From NCBI RefSeq assembly GCF_009914755.1, contig NC_060942.1: a stretch of DNA of 64,000 nt; one strand, given 5' to 3'. Of the stretch, positions 48,666 through 62,114 are shown one piece after another. The notes beneath the pieces were generated by a model. The model saw nothing but the letters and a program-made list of their open reading frames with translations. It was not told the origin of the DNA and made no database searches. Numbering within the stretch: position 1 is the first letter of the stretch; each line of letters begins with the position of its first letter. A program made the position numbers and the translations under genes. The stretch comes from the human T2T-CHM13v2.0 reference genome, Homo sapiens.

Positions 48666-49075
48666 CATATATATATATATATATATCTGAGACCTAATGT
48701 TAAATATTAACCTACACGATCACAAGGTCTCACAATAGGCTGTCTGCAAGCTTGAGGAGTAAGGAGAGCCAGTCCGAGCCTCAAAACTGAAGAACCTGGA
48801 GTCCAATGTTCGAGGACAGGAAGTGTCCAGCACTGGAGAAAGATATAGGCTGGGAGCCTAGGCCAGTCTCTCCTTTTCACGTTGGTTTTTCTTCCTGCTT
48901 TATATTCACTGGAAGCTGATTAGATTGTGCCCACCAGATTAAGGGTGGATCTGCCTTTCTCAGCCCACTGACTCAGATGTTAATCTCTTTTGGCAACATC
49001 CATACATACACACCCAGGATTAATACTTTGTATCCATCAATCCAATCAAGTTGACACTCAGTATTAACCATCACA
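48509..49075 (-). mobile_element. MLT2A1-like (HERV-L) solo LTR with internal TA/CA microsatellite
   Basis: TGTATTAGGGTC…GTATTAACCATCACA termini; perfect 5-bp TSD GCATG at 48504-48508 and 49076-49080. Confidence 0.9.
48603..48686. repeat. (TA)n(CA)n(TA)n compound microsatellite
   Basis: Alternating purine-pyrimidine runs inside the LTR. Confidence 0.95.
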
Positions 49076-49289
49076 GCATGTAATCTATTCTTTAAGAGAA
49101 AGTCACATATTGATAAAAGTTTTATTAACTCTTTTGGGAAAGCAGAAAACTTCTCAGTAAGTTATTATTTTAAAGCAATGCACTGCAGATGACAAGACAG
49201 GTGGAAACTTTAAAGTTCATCTAGCCTTTCCCATTTTCTTCAATTCATTATCATCCCATATAGAAGGGAAAAATGTATTTAAAGATCTT

Positions 49290-49952
49290 AAAAGATGTGG
49301 ATAGATTCCAACCCCTGTTCAGTTTCGGTGGAAATGTAAACTTATGGTAGTCACTGTGGAAAACAGTATGACAGTTCCTTAAAAAATTAAACAGATTACC
49401 ATAGAAGCCAATAATTCCACTTTTGCTCATATACCCAAAAGAATTGAAAGCAGAGACTCAAACAGATATTCAACCACCTATGTTCATAAGAGCATTATTT
49501 GCAATAGCCAAAAGATGGAAGCAACCCAATTGTCCACAGACAAATTGGTGGATAAACAAAATGTGGCATAATCATACAATGGAATATTCTTTAGCCTTAT
49601 AAGGAAATACTGTCAAATGCAAGAGCATGGATAAACCTTGGAGACATTATGCTTAGTAAAATAAGACAGTCACAAAAAGACAAATACTGTATGATTCCAC
49701 TTACATGAGGAATCTAGAAAAGTCAAATTCACAGAGGTGGAAAAGAGAATGGTGGTAATCAGGGACCAGGGGTTGGGAGCAAGAGTAATCATTCAATGCA
49801 TACATCATTTCAGTTTTGGAAGATGAGTGAAGTTCTAGAGATGGATGGTGGGAATCATAACATAAAAATATGAATGTACATCATTTGTACACTTAAAAAT
49901 GGTTAAAATTGTAAATTTTACATTATGTATATTTTACCACAATTTTTAAAAA
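49290..49952 (+). mobile_element. L1MB-type 3' fragment
   Basis: ACTGTGGAAAACAGTATGACAGTTCC…GACAAATACTGTATGATTCCACTTACATGAGG…TATATTTTACCACAATTTTTAAAA. Confidence 0.85.
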
Positions 49953-51213
49953 TCTCCATATAAGAATATTCCAGCACCGTCTCTATAAATACTGATATTT
50001 CCTCTAACGCTTCTGAACTATAAATATGCAACAGCAAACACATTAAAGTAGATTGATATGCAAGAAACAGAAGCAGAACGTATACCTCAGTCTACTTTAT
50101 GTCAGATATATATTACACTATCATATTCAATTTATGTAATCAACCTACAAAGGAATGTTGTGCTGCACAAAAGGCTATCAGAGATCATTATCTGCATGGG
50201 AAACTGGTTATTTGAAAAAAAAAAAAAATTTGGATAAATTTCCATAGTCTGGCCTAGGGAGAAGAAGGTTAAGGGAGAAACTTAACTACTCTCTTCATTG
50301 CAAATATTTTATGGGAAGGATTTTAGAGAGGTTGAAGAATAAGATTCTCTCTTACCTCAAATACTCTATGATGTTATAATGAATATAGATAGGAAGATGT
50401 ATTAATATGCATGTAGGTGAACTTAATAGTTTTCTATGAAATAATCTCCTGGCTTTGTAAAATAATTGTTCTCTAAACCTACTATAACTCATTACCTTAG
50501 CCTATTATGTTTATTTCAGTTTGAAATATTTTAATCTATTCATTTACTTTCAAATGAAGGACGGTCTCTTCAGATCAATGAGTGCCAAGCCCCTGTGCAA
50601 CTGGATTGCCCTCAGCCCATTATACCACCGCTATGTTCTGTGACTTCTGATTCACAGCCAGATAGCCAGTTACACAGAGACCCCAGAAAGTTTCCAGTAT
50701 CTCACTGGCTTTCATCCAGTATAACTCTGCTGAACCCATAGAAGGTCCTTCCTTTCCTCTCCCTGGTATTCTGATTCGCAAATGAATTATTTTAGAAGAA
50801 GCAAATCTCAAGAATTCAGAAATGCCAGATCGCTTCCTTTATCTTTGCCTGCCTACAAGGTTGTGAAGATGAGAAATGTACTCAAGATGATTAGTTCCCT
50901 TCTTACTTCTTCTGCTTAGTTCTGTTCTGACAGTTTATAGTAACCAAATAAATGGAGAGACAGAGTAGAGGAAGAAATAAATAATTACTGAATGCCTGAT
51001 GTTTTTGAGGCAGCCAGACTCCCTGCCTAGATTTTGGGGTTCATATAAACTTTGTGAACTAAAAAACCATTTTGCATAAGATCACTGGAAATATGGCAAG
51101 GATGGTTCATCCATCATGCTTTTCTCAAAGTTTCATTGGCCTGATAGTGAAACAAATCAATAAAACATTTCTGAGTTGTGTGGGAGGGCTTGCTTTTCAG
51201 GCCTGTATATTAA

Positions 51214-51320
51214 TTTCTTCTTCTTTCTTCTTTTTCTTTTCTTCTTCCTCTTCTTCCTCTTCTTCCTCTTCCTCCTCCTCCTCCTCTTCCTCCTCCTCCT
51301 CCTCCTCCTCCTCCTTTTCT
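51214..51320. repeat. Polypyrimidine (TCT/TCC)n tract
   Basis: ~105 nt of pure C/T; source of the spurious poly-Ser ORF. Confidence 0.95.
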
Positions 51321-52909
51321 AATACATTTTTTTCTGAGTCCACTGATATTTTAATAAGAAATTGGGATATGCTGTGTTAGGGGCAACTTTACAGGCATCA
51401 ACATAATTATTGAATCCTGGACTTTTTTAAAAAAAAAAAGACTTAAGTTTTATTCTACTTTCTATTTACGGAAGTCTAAATTATATCTTACCTTTTATTT
51501 CTCTAACTCTAAGCTTAATCTATTTCTTATTTACCAATTTCTTATTTTCATGTTGTTATATCATTTTTCCTTTTTTGTAACTAATTGCTCTCATCCTCCT
51601 TAACTTCTGAAATTCATAATTTGATGCAATAAATAGTTAGGCAATTATTCCTGAGATAATTGGAATGTTCTCATTAGCAGTTCAAAAGATTGCTTGAAAT
51701 AAATAACAGAAGTAATTTTTCCCAGAGTCCTTTCAGATTTAATTAACATTCTTCTTTATAAATTAATAACAGTCCTTTAACTTCCCCGTCTTTGCTAATA
51801 TCTATTCTGACTCTTCATATAAGTTTGACAAAATATCTGTTAGTAGAACAACTTTTCACCATCTTAACGTTTCTTAAGAATTTTATTTTTGTGCTATTCT
51901 TTGAACCTGTGGTGGATTTCCTGAGCTACTTTTTTTCTTTTTATTCAAGCTAAAACTGTTCTTTGATGTGGAACTCTCCTAACAATGGTAGCATTTCAAT
52001 TTTGTAGATGTGACTCATTTGTCATGAATTATTCCTATTTCTTCCCTAAATAGGATGTTTCAGAAAACTAACTGTAACATTTACTTCATAGGGATGGTGT
52101 GGGCTTAACTTTAAATTAGACAATGTGTACAAAGCCCTTAGAATTCCTGGTTCTTGACAAAAGCCTAATGAATTCTATTTCTATTCTTTCTGTCTCTGTA
52201 CTCAATCTTTTGCTTGACATTTATGAACCTTTTCATATGTTTCAAAAAGTGCGCATGGGAATTTAGCAGCTCTGTGGTTTACGTGTGTTTCTTACTTTAT
52301 AGGTATAATTTCCAGCATGTATGCAGATGAAGAACGCAGATTTCCAAAGGATGGTATTATTATAAAGTGTTTTACTTTTCCTTAGTATATCCAAAAAATA
52401 TTTTAGAGCCTTTTGTTCACATACAAGGCACAATGCTAAGAGTACCAATGAACCAAAGGATGAAACTATACATCTTCTATAGTTATACACTACATATATG
52501 TGTATGTATATGACCATAGTTCAAATGAGACAGTTAGATACCTTTAGTCAAGTAAAGAGTAATTTTCATCAGAGTACAGAGCATCAAATTAAATTCACAG
52601 AAGCCCCATAGGGAACATGGTATTGAGAAGAGCTTTAAATAATAAAAAAGACTAAAACTTTAGAGATGGAAATGGGCAATTCAGATGAAAGAAACTATAT
52701 GAGCAAAAAGATAAAAAGGTTAGAATTTATAGACTTATATGGAAACTAAAGTATGTCGGATTTTTTTTTATTATTTGGAGAAGTGTATGGTTTGTGGGAA
52801 AAAAAGGTGGGAAACACATTTGCATAATCAATGGAGATCTTGTAATGATGGTCCAAGATATGTAATTCTGTTAGCAATAAGAAACCACTGAGCATGAAAG
52901 CTTAATTTT

Positions 52910-53500
52910 CTCATTCACAAATGCTTTTTGAGTATTTATTGTGTACCAGTAACTAAGCTAATGTTGGAAAAACAACAGTGATCAATGTCAATATGACCCC
53001 TGCTCTCATGGAGTTTATAATTTACTTTTGGAGACAAAGAACAAATGAACAAATCAGTGCAGTAATTATAATTGTGAAGAGTGCTATAAACTAAGGTTGT
53101 ATTATAGAAACATAGTATCTTTTGAGGTTATTCACCATTATCAAAGAAGAATGGAGCCACTTCAGACCAGGCAAGACTTCCTCATGAGGGTGGCATTTAT
53201 CCCCTTAAACTGAAGAGGATACAAAAGAGTCATTCATGTGAATATTGGGATGATGCAACATTCATTCCAGAGAAAGGAAAAAGCATAAGCAAATTCTTGG
53301 GTTGAGAACAACCTTGGCTTATGCAAAGAACAGACAGGCAGTTAGTGAAGTTGCCTTTCATTGACAAAGAGGAAGAAATGGAGTCAAAGAAGTTAAGGAG
53401 TTAGGATTCGGCCAGATCATGCTGTACCTGCAATGCATGCTACTGTCTATATTCCAAAGGAAATGCAAGTCATTTGGGGGCACTAAGAAGAAGAAAGTTA
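52910..53500 (-). mobile_element. L2 3' region
   Basis: CATTCACAAATGCTTTTTGAGTATTTATTGTGTACCAG…CCCTGCTCTCATGGAGTTTATA…GGCCAGATCAT. Confidence 0.7.
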
Positions 53501-54689
53501 ACATCCAATTTATGTGTATCAAGGTAAAAAAATTGTACATATACTACCTCACATGTGCAAAATCATGTAACAGCCTTTAGTGTCTGGAATGTCTTCTATT
53601 TTGCCCATGATTCCCAGCTCTTGTTGGGTACTAAGATAAATCTCAATCTTGCCAATGAAAGGAACCTATGGTTTCTTTTTCATCTACAGCAGCCTCTTTC
53701 TGCTTAGCTGAAGCTCTTTGGGATGAAGTCACGATGTTCAAAGCTCTAGCTCTCTGCCACAGCTGAATTTCTTATTGCTAAGGCCCTTCTTTTAAACAAT
53801 CCTTGTTAAAGTGGCTTCTGGGCACATCTCATACACTGAGAATCTTTTCTCTCAGTGTGGGAGCATCTCATGATCTCCCTCACTTGCTTGGCCCCATCTG
53901 TGTTCTTTCCAGAGCCATTAAATATCTGTGTCTCAGCCTTGTCCTCCACCTGGTCCCCAGCTAGGTTGTCTACTATGCAATCTCTGTTTAAGGGTTAGCT
54001 TCCCCTGCCCATGATAATCCTATGGCAAATCCTAGACTCTCAGCTCAGATATCGCCTACATGCCCCACTGAGAGTGTGCCAAAATTACCGGATTCCTCAG
54101 GTGTCAACGCGGGTGCTACAGTAGCACACTCCCTCCCAAGCATACCAAACCACCACTTTCCTTTGTAGCAGTAGCTAGCTTTCTGAGATGTTTCTGTTCA
54201 AGAATTCTATAAAACACAATGGACCAATGACTTCTGGTTTTGCCTTCCCTCCCTACCTATCTACAGTTCCTATCATCCCTGGCCTCTCTGCCCTAGGGTT
54301 TCACCCTCTACAGGGTGTCAGGACCCTTCAACCTAACCTCTTAATATTTTTATTTCTCCCTGCACACTTCTGCCCTCTGAGGCACCACATATTGTCCAAT
54401 ACACATTTTCTGCCTCCTTCTCAGGTCTAGTAAAAATTCTTCTACATCATATTTTGTAAATCTTCACAGTGTGCCTATTATATCAGTATCTTCATTTCCT
54501 TTAAGTCATTGAAATCTTTGAGTCAATGGTTGTGAAGTCACAGGGCACCAAGATTTAAAGTAAATACAAGTTTTATGAAATTACTATTTATAAAAATATA
54601 TATCAATTTTATATGTATGTATTAAAAATAAATCTGGACCTTGTGAGGAGAATAAATTCCAAATGGCACAAAAATTCAAAAAGAAAGCT

Positions 54690-55720
54690 ACAGGAAGTAT
54701 GAGATGGTGGATTCAATGGTGGTAAAGAGAAGGACATGAAATGGATCGGTATATATGAAATGTGTACATTTGAAATGTGTTTTGGAGGTAGAAACAAACA
54801 TACTTGCAGGTGGATTGGATGGGAGTGAGTTTCTGGTGAACAGGCTTTTAAGTTGATAGAAACATTTTCTGTGATGCAGTAGACTGGGAGAGAAACTGTT
54901 TGGGCATGTGTGAGAGAAAAAGAGTATGATTTTTAAATATATCCAAGAGGAGATGTCAAAATGCAGTTGAATATTTAAATTGGAAACATATAAGAAAGGT
55001 CTGTACTGGAGACAAATTTAGAAATTGCCAGCACATGGCATCTAAAGCCATAGGAATGTATATGATAAAGAGAGATTTAGACCTGGAACTGAGCCCTAGG
55101 AGAATGCAGAATATAGATATTGGGTAGAGTAGGAGCAATCAGATGAACAGGCTTGGAAAGAATGGCCAACAGGAAAAAACAGGATTTTCCAACAACAGGA
55201 AAAAACAGGATTTTCCTTTAACAGGAAAAAAGCATTAGTATGGCAGAAGAAAAATGGAAAGAGTACTAGAGAGGGAACGAGAGTTCAACTGTGTTGAAAA
55301 GTTGGTAAAATGCTGGGCAAGACAAAATAAAATAATGTGGATTGAAATGGTCAACATGAAGGTCATTGCTAGGTAACTACACCCTCTGGTTTTCCTGGGA
55401 TAGTCCTGGTGTGCATCATGCCCCGGTATAGTTAATGCAGTTACTTAGTAGTACATAGTATCTACTTTCACTTTCAAATGTGTCTCCTTTCAATGATAAT
55501 TTATATGGTCCTACTAGTTATTGGTGACCAAAGCAAGAGTAGTGAAATGGTTTCAGTAAAGGAGTGGGGATGAAAGCCAGATTAGAGGAGATTAAAGATG
55601 GACTGGGAAGTTATAAAGTAAATACTGTGCATATTTCTGTTGGAGAAGTTTTCCTATGAAGAAGAGGAGAACAATGAGGAAGTTACTGGAAGGGTAACTG
55701 GATTTAACTGGATTTTAAAA
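54690..55720 (-). mobile_element. L2 continuation (interrupted by a MER94-like element)
   Basis: Purine-rich L2 signature TTTTGGAGGTAGAA…GGATTGGATG…CTGGAGAC…GAACTGAGCCCTAGGAGAATG…GAAAGCCAGATT. Confidence 0.6.
55371..55515 (-). mobile_element. MER94-like hAT-Blackjack MITE
   Basis: GGTTTTCCTGGGATAGTCCTGG…CTTTCACTTTCAAATGTGTC…ATGATAATTTATATGGTC. Confidence 0.6.
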
Positions 55721-55981
55721 TGAACTCTAATATTGCAGTGATTCTTCTGACAACCAGGGCAATTTTTAAATCAAATTCTTTTATGTCATAAATTTTCAGA
55801 ATAACTAGCATTATGGCTTAAGGAAAAAAACCTCTGGGCTAGGTGCAATAATTACACACTCCAGGAAAGTTGCATGAGTGAAGGTTGCCCTCACTTACAG
55901 CAGAAAATGGACCTTTTCAGGACCCAAAGCAGGAGGCTACTCCACACCCTCATCCAAGAGGATAGAGAAGCAGAGGCCAGG

Positions 55982-56457
55982 TGTTAACAGGCTGAATAAT
56001 TGGCACCCAAAAATTTCAGGTCCTAATACCCGGAACTTGCAATTTGACCTTACTTGGAATGGAAAAAGAGTCTTTGCCAATATGATTAATGATTTTGAGA
56101 TGGGAGATTATCTTGTATTCTCTGAATGAACCCTAAATATAATCACGAGTGTCCTTATGAGAGAGACAGAGACATATTAAACACAGACACAGAAGAGGAG
56201 GAGGCAATGTAACCACGGGGGCAGGGCTAAGAGTGATGCAGTCACATGCTAATGAGTGTTGACAGCCACCAGGAGCCAGAAAAGGCAAGGGATGGATCCT
56301 ACCCTAGAGCCTCTGGACAGAGGCTGCTCCAGGTGACACGTGATTTCATCCCAGATTTCAGACTCTGGCTTCCAGAACTGTGGGATAATAATTTTCTGTT
56401 GTTTAAAAGCACTAAATTTGTGGTAATTTGTTATAGTAGCCACAGGAAACTAATATG
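55982..56457 (+). mobile_element. MLT1C/D-like MaLR solo LTR
   Basis: TGTTAACAGGCTGAATAATTGG…GAGATGGGAGATTATC…CTTCCAGAACTGTG…TTTGTTATAGTAGCCACAGGAAACTAATA; flanks CCAGG/CTGGG fit a CpG-decayed CCGGG TSD. Confidence 0.88.
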
Positions 56458-56825
56458 CTGGGTTTCAGGGTCTGTGGAATTTTCCTTCTGACAAAATGAC
56501 TCAGGGACATTTTTTAATAGAAAAGTTTGCATTACTACAATTAATGTGAAACCCCCCTGGAGCCCTCTTTTCCTATCTTCAACCCAGCTTCCAGTAATGT
56601 CTACTACTTTCACTTTTTTATTGTTGTTTTCATTTTTAATGAGGAAATGGTTACCTCAGTAAGACACCCTACAGAATCTGGCTGCCCAGAAACAAGACTC
56701 TGAGATGACAATTCTCACCCTGCCCCATTGTGTAAAGCTCAATCCACACAAGACCACGAATTCTAAAATGTAATAAAAGAAGAGACAAAAGCCAAATTCA
56801 AAGAGGCTAGTAAAAGTATCCTTGA

Positions 56826-56993
56826 GCACTGTCATGATACCCAAAGGAGTGCCCATTGGAGCATTTCAGATTTCAGATGTTCAGATTTGAGATACACTAC
56901 CAGTATGATGAAAATACCCCAAAACCAAAAATAATCCAAAATTGGAAACACTTCTGGTCTCAAGTATTTCAGATAAGGGATAGTCAACCTGTA
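56826..56993. mobile_element. Tigger4a/MER46-like fragment (one end only)
   Basis: CATTGGAGCATTTCAGATTTCAGAT…CACTTCTGGTCTCAAGTATTTCAGATAAGGGATAGTCAACCTGTA. Confidence 0.8.
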
Positions 56994-57360
56994 TTATAAG
57001 TACTTTTACCCAGAAAATAGCCATTCACATATCCTTTATGATCTAAAAATATGAGCATGAGGAGAAGACTGTACCTGTAGGGGATTCTAACAGCAATTCT
57101 ACATCTGATGAGGGTTCAAGGTCCACGCTAAGACTTCTGTGAACTTCCAAAGGGGCAGAGTAGGAAATGTCATCTTAGGTCTTGTTTCTGGGCATCCAGA
57201 TTCTGTTGGGTATCTTCTTGGTGCAACCATTTCCTCATTAAAACAACAACAACAAAATAGAAGTGAAAATAGCAGACTTTACTGAAGATGCAGTTGAAGA
57301 CAGGAAGACAAGAGAGGGCCTACGAGGGTTTTCCATCAATTATAGCAATGCAAACATTCC

Positions 57361-57617
<257 letters not shown>

Positions 57618-58540
57618 AAACATTCCTATTATAAAATATCCTTGAGTCAGTTTTTCAGAAGGAAAATTCCACAGACCCTGAAACCATGTAACTCCTGCCC
57701 TTACAAAATCTCTCAGACTCCCCTCTTTTTCCCTTCCTTTCATGGTGTCTCTGTTATGTTCTATTCCTTATAGAATATTTCAAAAATTAAAATTCCTCTC
57801 GTTCTTTCCCTCAGGGAAGCATGACTACCTGTTTTGTTGTTCAGCCTATTACTAACACTCAGAGCATTAGGCTCTCACCTCCTAACCCAAGAAGCTAATT
57901 AAGTTTCTTTCTCCCCAAAGAATTTCTTCTATGGAAGGAATTCTGTGGCCAGCTGGTATAATATAGTGCTTGTTCCGTGGTAATAGTAAATGAAAACTTT
58001 ATCCTGGCATTCTCCTGTCACATTTATCTATCTAAACGAGAGAGAAGACCTCTAGACCAGACTTTACAGCAAGTAAAGGTATTGCTTCTTCCTCTGGATT
58101 CTCTTGGGTCAAATTGGAATGCTCCTTAGACCCAAAGTTACAAAAGGTGATTATTTTCAGACTAAATTTGTGGCCTTCCTAAATGTGCTTTGTACACTAA
58201 AGGCATTTTCAACATGACTTTGCACATGAAGGTCAAACTGAAAGAATGAAAGAATGAATTTGTTGAATTCAATTTGTTGTTGCATCATCTTTAAGAAATA
58301 ATGTACCATATATGGTCTAAGGTCAAGTATTTGATAAAAATAATATAATTAACATATTTAACAATGTTGGGTGTAGCCCACTGTTCAGTTCTAGTTTATT
58401 TTCAATAGAAACTCTGACTGTAGTGTCTTCGATTTGAACTGTTTCCCCAGTGTTTCAGAGAAGTTTGACTTACTCTGATAAACAAATAATAAACACTAAT
58501 AAAATTGAATATCAATATGTGCAACATTCTGTGTCAATTG

Positions 58541-58778
58541 CAAGTTGAACATCCCTAATCTGAAAATCCAAAATTGGAAATGCTCCAAAACCTGAACATT
58601 TCTTAATGCTGACGTAATGCTCAAAGGAAATGCAAGTCTGAGCTTTTAGAATTTTGGATTTTTGGATTAGGAATGTTCAGCTCATAGGTATAATAAAAAT
58701 ATTTCAATATCCAAAAAAAATCTGAAATCTGAAACATTTCTGGTCCCAAGTATTTCAGATAAGGGAGACTCAGCACAT
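58541..58778. mobile_element. Tigger4a/MER46A-like MITE, complete
   Basis: CAAGTTGAACATCCCTAATCTGAAAATCC … GTATTTCAGATAAGGGAGACTCAGC terminal inverted repeats. Confidence 0.82.
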
Positions 58779-59010
58779 ATCTCACCTACTACAGAAAACA
58801 CTCCTATGTGTAAAATACTATCACTGCAAGTTTATTGGTGAAGAAACAGAAACTAGGGTACTTGTGTACCTTGCCATTAATCACCCAATTCAACCAATTC
58901 ATATGCAAACAGCTGGGCCTTGAAACCACTTCTGTCAGCTCTAAAATATGTACTTTTTATCACTAAATGGAGTAACATTCAACTGCTAGTCCCTAGGAAT
59001 TCCCTGAGAA

Positions 59011-59185
59011 AGTGTTTCTAATCTATCATGATTATAGAAACCACCTGGAACTCTTGTTAAACTATGAAACCCTAGGCCCCTATCAGAGACACTAGTTCAG
59101 TTGGTCTGGGGTGGGGTCTGAGAATCTGTAATATTTACAAGATCTCCAGTTGATCTCTATTCTCATCTCATGTATCAATAAGAAC
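59011..59185. mobile_element. MER5-family MITE
   Basis: GAAACCACCTGGAACTCTTGTTAAA…TTCAGTTGGTCTGGGGTGGGGTCTGAGAATCTG. Confidence 0.65.
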
Positions 59186-61497
59186 TCTGCTGTACTCAGT
59201 AGAAAATTAACTCAAACTTCTAACTTAAATTTCAGAAAGAAACTATATATTGGCTTGGGTACCTGAACAATGTAGGGATAGACTAACTTCAGACACATCT
59301 CCACTATCACCTTCCACCTGGGGGCTCCCATGAGAAAACTGCTTCCTGGATAATGCAAATAGTAGTTCCAGAATTGACTCTCCTTGGCCCTGGTTGGCTA
59401 GACATGGATCATGGGTTCTTCCCTGACCCCATCACTGTAAACAAGTGATTGCAATTTTCTTTCTTCTTAGTTTTATTCACCTACTCCTCCTCTGAAGCCC
59501 AGGGATGGTGTCAATTGCCTTGGAGCCCATGGGATGAGAATAGAGAAGGAAAAGACACTATGGATTCACTACCAGAAGGAAGGAAAGGTACATGCTAGGT
59601 AGCAAAATAACGGAAGTTTACTAGACCTCTCTAGGGTAAGATTTAAAGTTTAGAAGACTACACTATGTTAGTTACCTTAATACACCATCAGAGAATAGGG
59701 CTAAAAATGTTTCCTGATCATGGCAAAGATATTTTGATTGCTAAAGTACTTCCCTCCAAACCTATACATTCGGGCTGATTATTCTAAAAAGCCATTGGTA
59801 TTATTCCCATCAGACTTATGTTTCAAGTCAATACATTTTATTATATTCTTGGATACTTACTCTTATCCAAGCAGGGGGAGGGGAAGTAAACTACAGAGTC
59901 TTCTCATTTTGCCTGATTTTCCATTGTTTAAAAATTTTTTTTTAAAAAAACAATCTTACATTTTGTGTGAGGCTTACTAGATTCATGTTAAAGTATAAAG
60001 TGAGCTTTTTGGAAATTCACATCTTAGAGGAAATTCCCACATTTTTGGAAATTCACATCTTGCTTCAGTTTCAAGAAGGAAATGTTTACTAAATTAAGAT
60101 GAAATAGCTGCACTGCCTATTTGCAACTCTCAGTTAAAAATGGGTATACTTTATCACTGAATATTTCCTAAAATAAAACTTTATAACCATCTGGATTCAG
60201 TGCTTTCTTGCTGATATTTCTTGTAGATAAATGGCTTCTTAATGACTCTTTTGATCCCAAAGGATGTATTAAACTCTAAAATTATGTGTTTAAGTAACAA
60301 CCCAAAAAGAGCCAATTTGATCTGCAAGCTTCTTTACCTATCACTGCATTTCAAAATGTTAAGAATATCAGAGAATTTTTCTCAGAAGTTCTTTGCCCTG
60401 AGAAAAATTACAGCCAATAGCATTGTCTCTTATTATTAATATGATTAGATATAATGATATGCACCGTTAGTCTCCTTTGTTGTTCTATTCTTTTTGAAAC
60501 AACTGATCACCCCATCTGTCCTTTCTCTTCAACTCTGTGTTGCATCTACAGAGGCACATTGGACACTGAGGGAATATTAATATTCACTTATTGAGGACAG
60601 CAAATTATCAATTAACGTTTTTCTTCAAGTCTTGCAATAAAATCAGATCTAGAATAAAAACAAAGTGTTCTGGAAACAATCTCCAGATTTTTCATAGAGG
60701 AGAACATCTTACATTAATCCTTTTTACAAATATATTTTTATATAAATATGTAATTAAATACAGATAAGTGTTATTTAAAGTATAGTAACTAAGACTATGC
60801 TACAAATGCGAATGTGAATGTATGTATCTATGAATATGCAGAATGCCCCAGTTATACTATTTTCTTCTCTAGCTTATACTTTAATGCTAACACTGATGAG
60901 GGAGTGAATTAGGGAGATTATTTCAGATAATTATTTCGAACACAGATGAACCTCAGAGTTTAAGATACTAAAAAACAGAGCCCCTGAACACCAGATTCTT
61001 CTACTTTTGAATCTATGAAAGTGTTCATGGTGCATAAGACTCATTCCATACTTTTGAAATCTCTTTCATCTTGGCTTTTTCTGTCATGGACAAATACTGC
61101 ACCTTAGTCCAGAATTATGCTAAGAATTTTTAAATCTAAAATATGAAGGTAAAAAAAAATAAAAAAGATCCTTAAATGTGAGACTTAAAGAGCAATAAAA
61201 TGAAATAAAATGGAAGTGAGCTTGGGCTTTTCTAGACCAACCTTCCAGAATACCCAGAGAGATTTGAGCTGAAATCTAAGGCCTCCAACAGTGTAAGGGG
61301 ATCTCTTTTAGTTTTCAGGAATTAAAACAAAGCTTGGACAGTGATGGGAAATTTATTGGTTCACACGATCAGTCTTCAACAACATTAGAAAGCTCATATG
61401 CAAACCAGGGACACTGGTACAAAAAAGACTCCCCAGATTTACTGTTCTGACAAGATTGGAATATGCCTGCAGCCAGTGTGTATAGAACTCTGACAGA

Positions 61498-61881
61498 CGG
61501 AATACTATGCAGCCATAAAAAGGAATGAATTAACAGCATTTGCAGTGACCTGGATGAGATTGGAGACTATTATTCTAAGTGATGTACCACAGGAACGGAA
61601 AACCAAACATCGTATGTTCTCACTGATATGTGGGAGCTAACCTATGAGTATGAAAAGGCATAAGAATGATACAATGGACTTTGGGGACTTGGGAGGAAGA
61701 GTGAGAGGGAGGCAAGGGATAAAAGACTACGAATATGGTGCAGTGTATACCGCTCGGGCGATGGGTGCACCAAAATCTCACAAATCGCCACTAAAGAACT
61801 TACTCAAGTAACCAAATACCACCTGTACCCCAATAACTTATGGAAAAATAAATTAAAAAACACAAAAACAAAACAAAAAAA
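61498..61881 (+). mobile_element. L1PB1-like 3' fragment
   Basis: GGAATACTATGCAGCCATAAAAAGGAATGAATTAACAGC…GCACCAAAATCTCACAAATC…CCCCAATAACTTATGGAAA + A-rich tail. Confidence 0.88.
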
Positions 61882-61889
61882 GTGACAAT

Positions 61890-62114
61890 AAAAGTAATGC
61901 AAATAGAAAAACAACACAGCATACATCTGTTTACACAGCATTTACATCGTATTATGTGTTGTAGGTAATCTGGAGATATTTTAAAGCATATGGGAGGATG
62001 TGCCTAGGTTATATGCAAATACTGCACCATTTTACATAGAGGACTTGAGCATTCATAATTTTGGTATTTGCAGCGGTCCTGGAACCAATTCCATGTGGAT
62101 ACCTAGGACAACTG
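61890..62114. mobile_element. MER2/Tigger-family fragment
   Basis: CAGCATTTACATCGTATT…GGAGGATGTGCCTAGGTTATATGCAAATACTGCACCATTTT…GGTCCTGGAACCAATT…ACAACTGT. Confidence 0.75.

Noticed and set aside
47906-49175. ~20-bp direct repeat AGTAAGTTATTATTTT(T)AAAG at 47906 and 49156 as a TSD
   Set aside because: AT-rich, no poly(A)/poly(T) tail next to either copy, and the enclosed DNA is a mix of old LTRs
51072-51380. Poly-serine ORF
   Set aside because: Translation of a TCT/TCC microsatellite
53567-54120. Possible LTR (TGTAA…CTACA) interrupting the L2
   Set aside because: No matching TSD and I cannot assign a family from sequence alone
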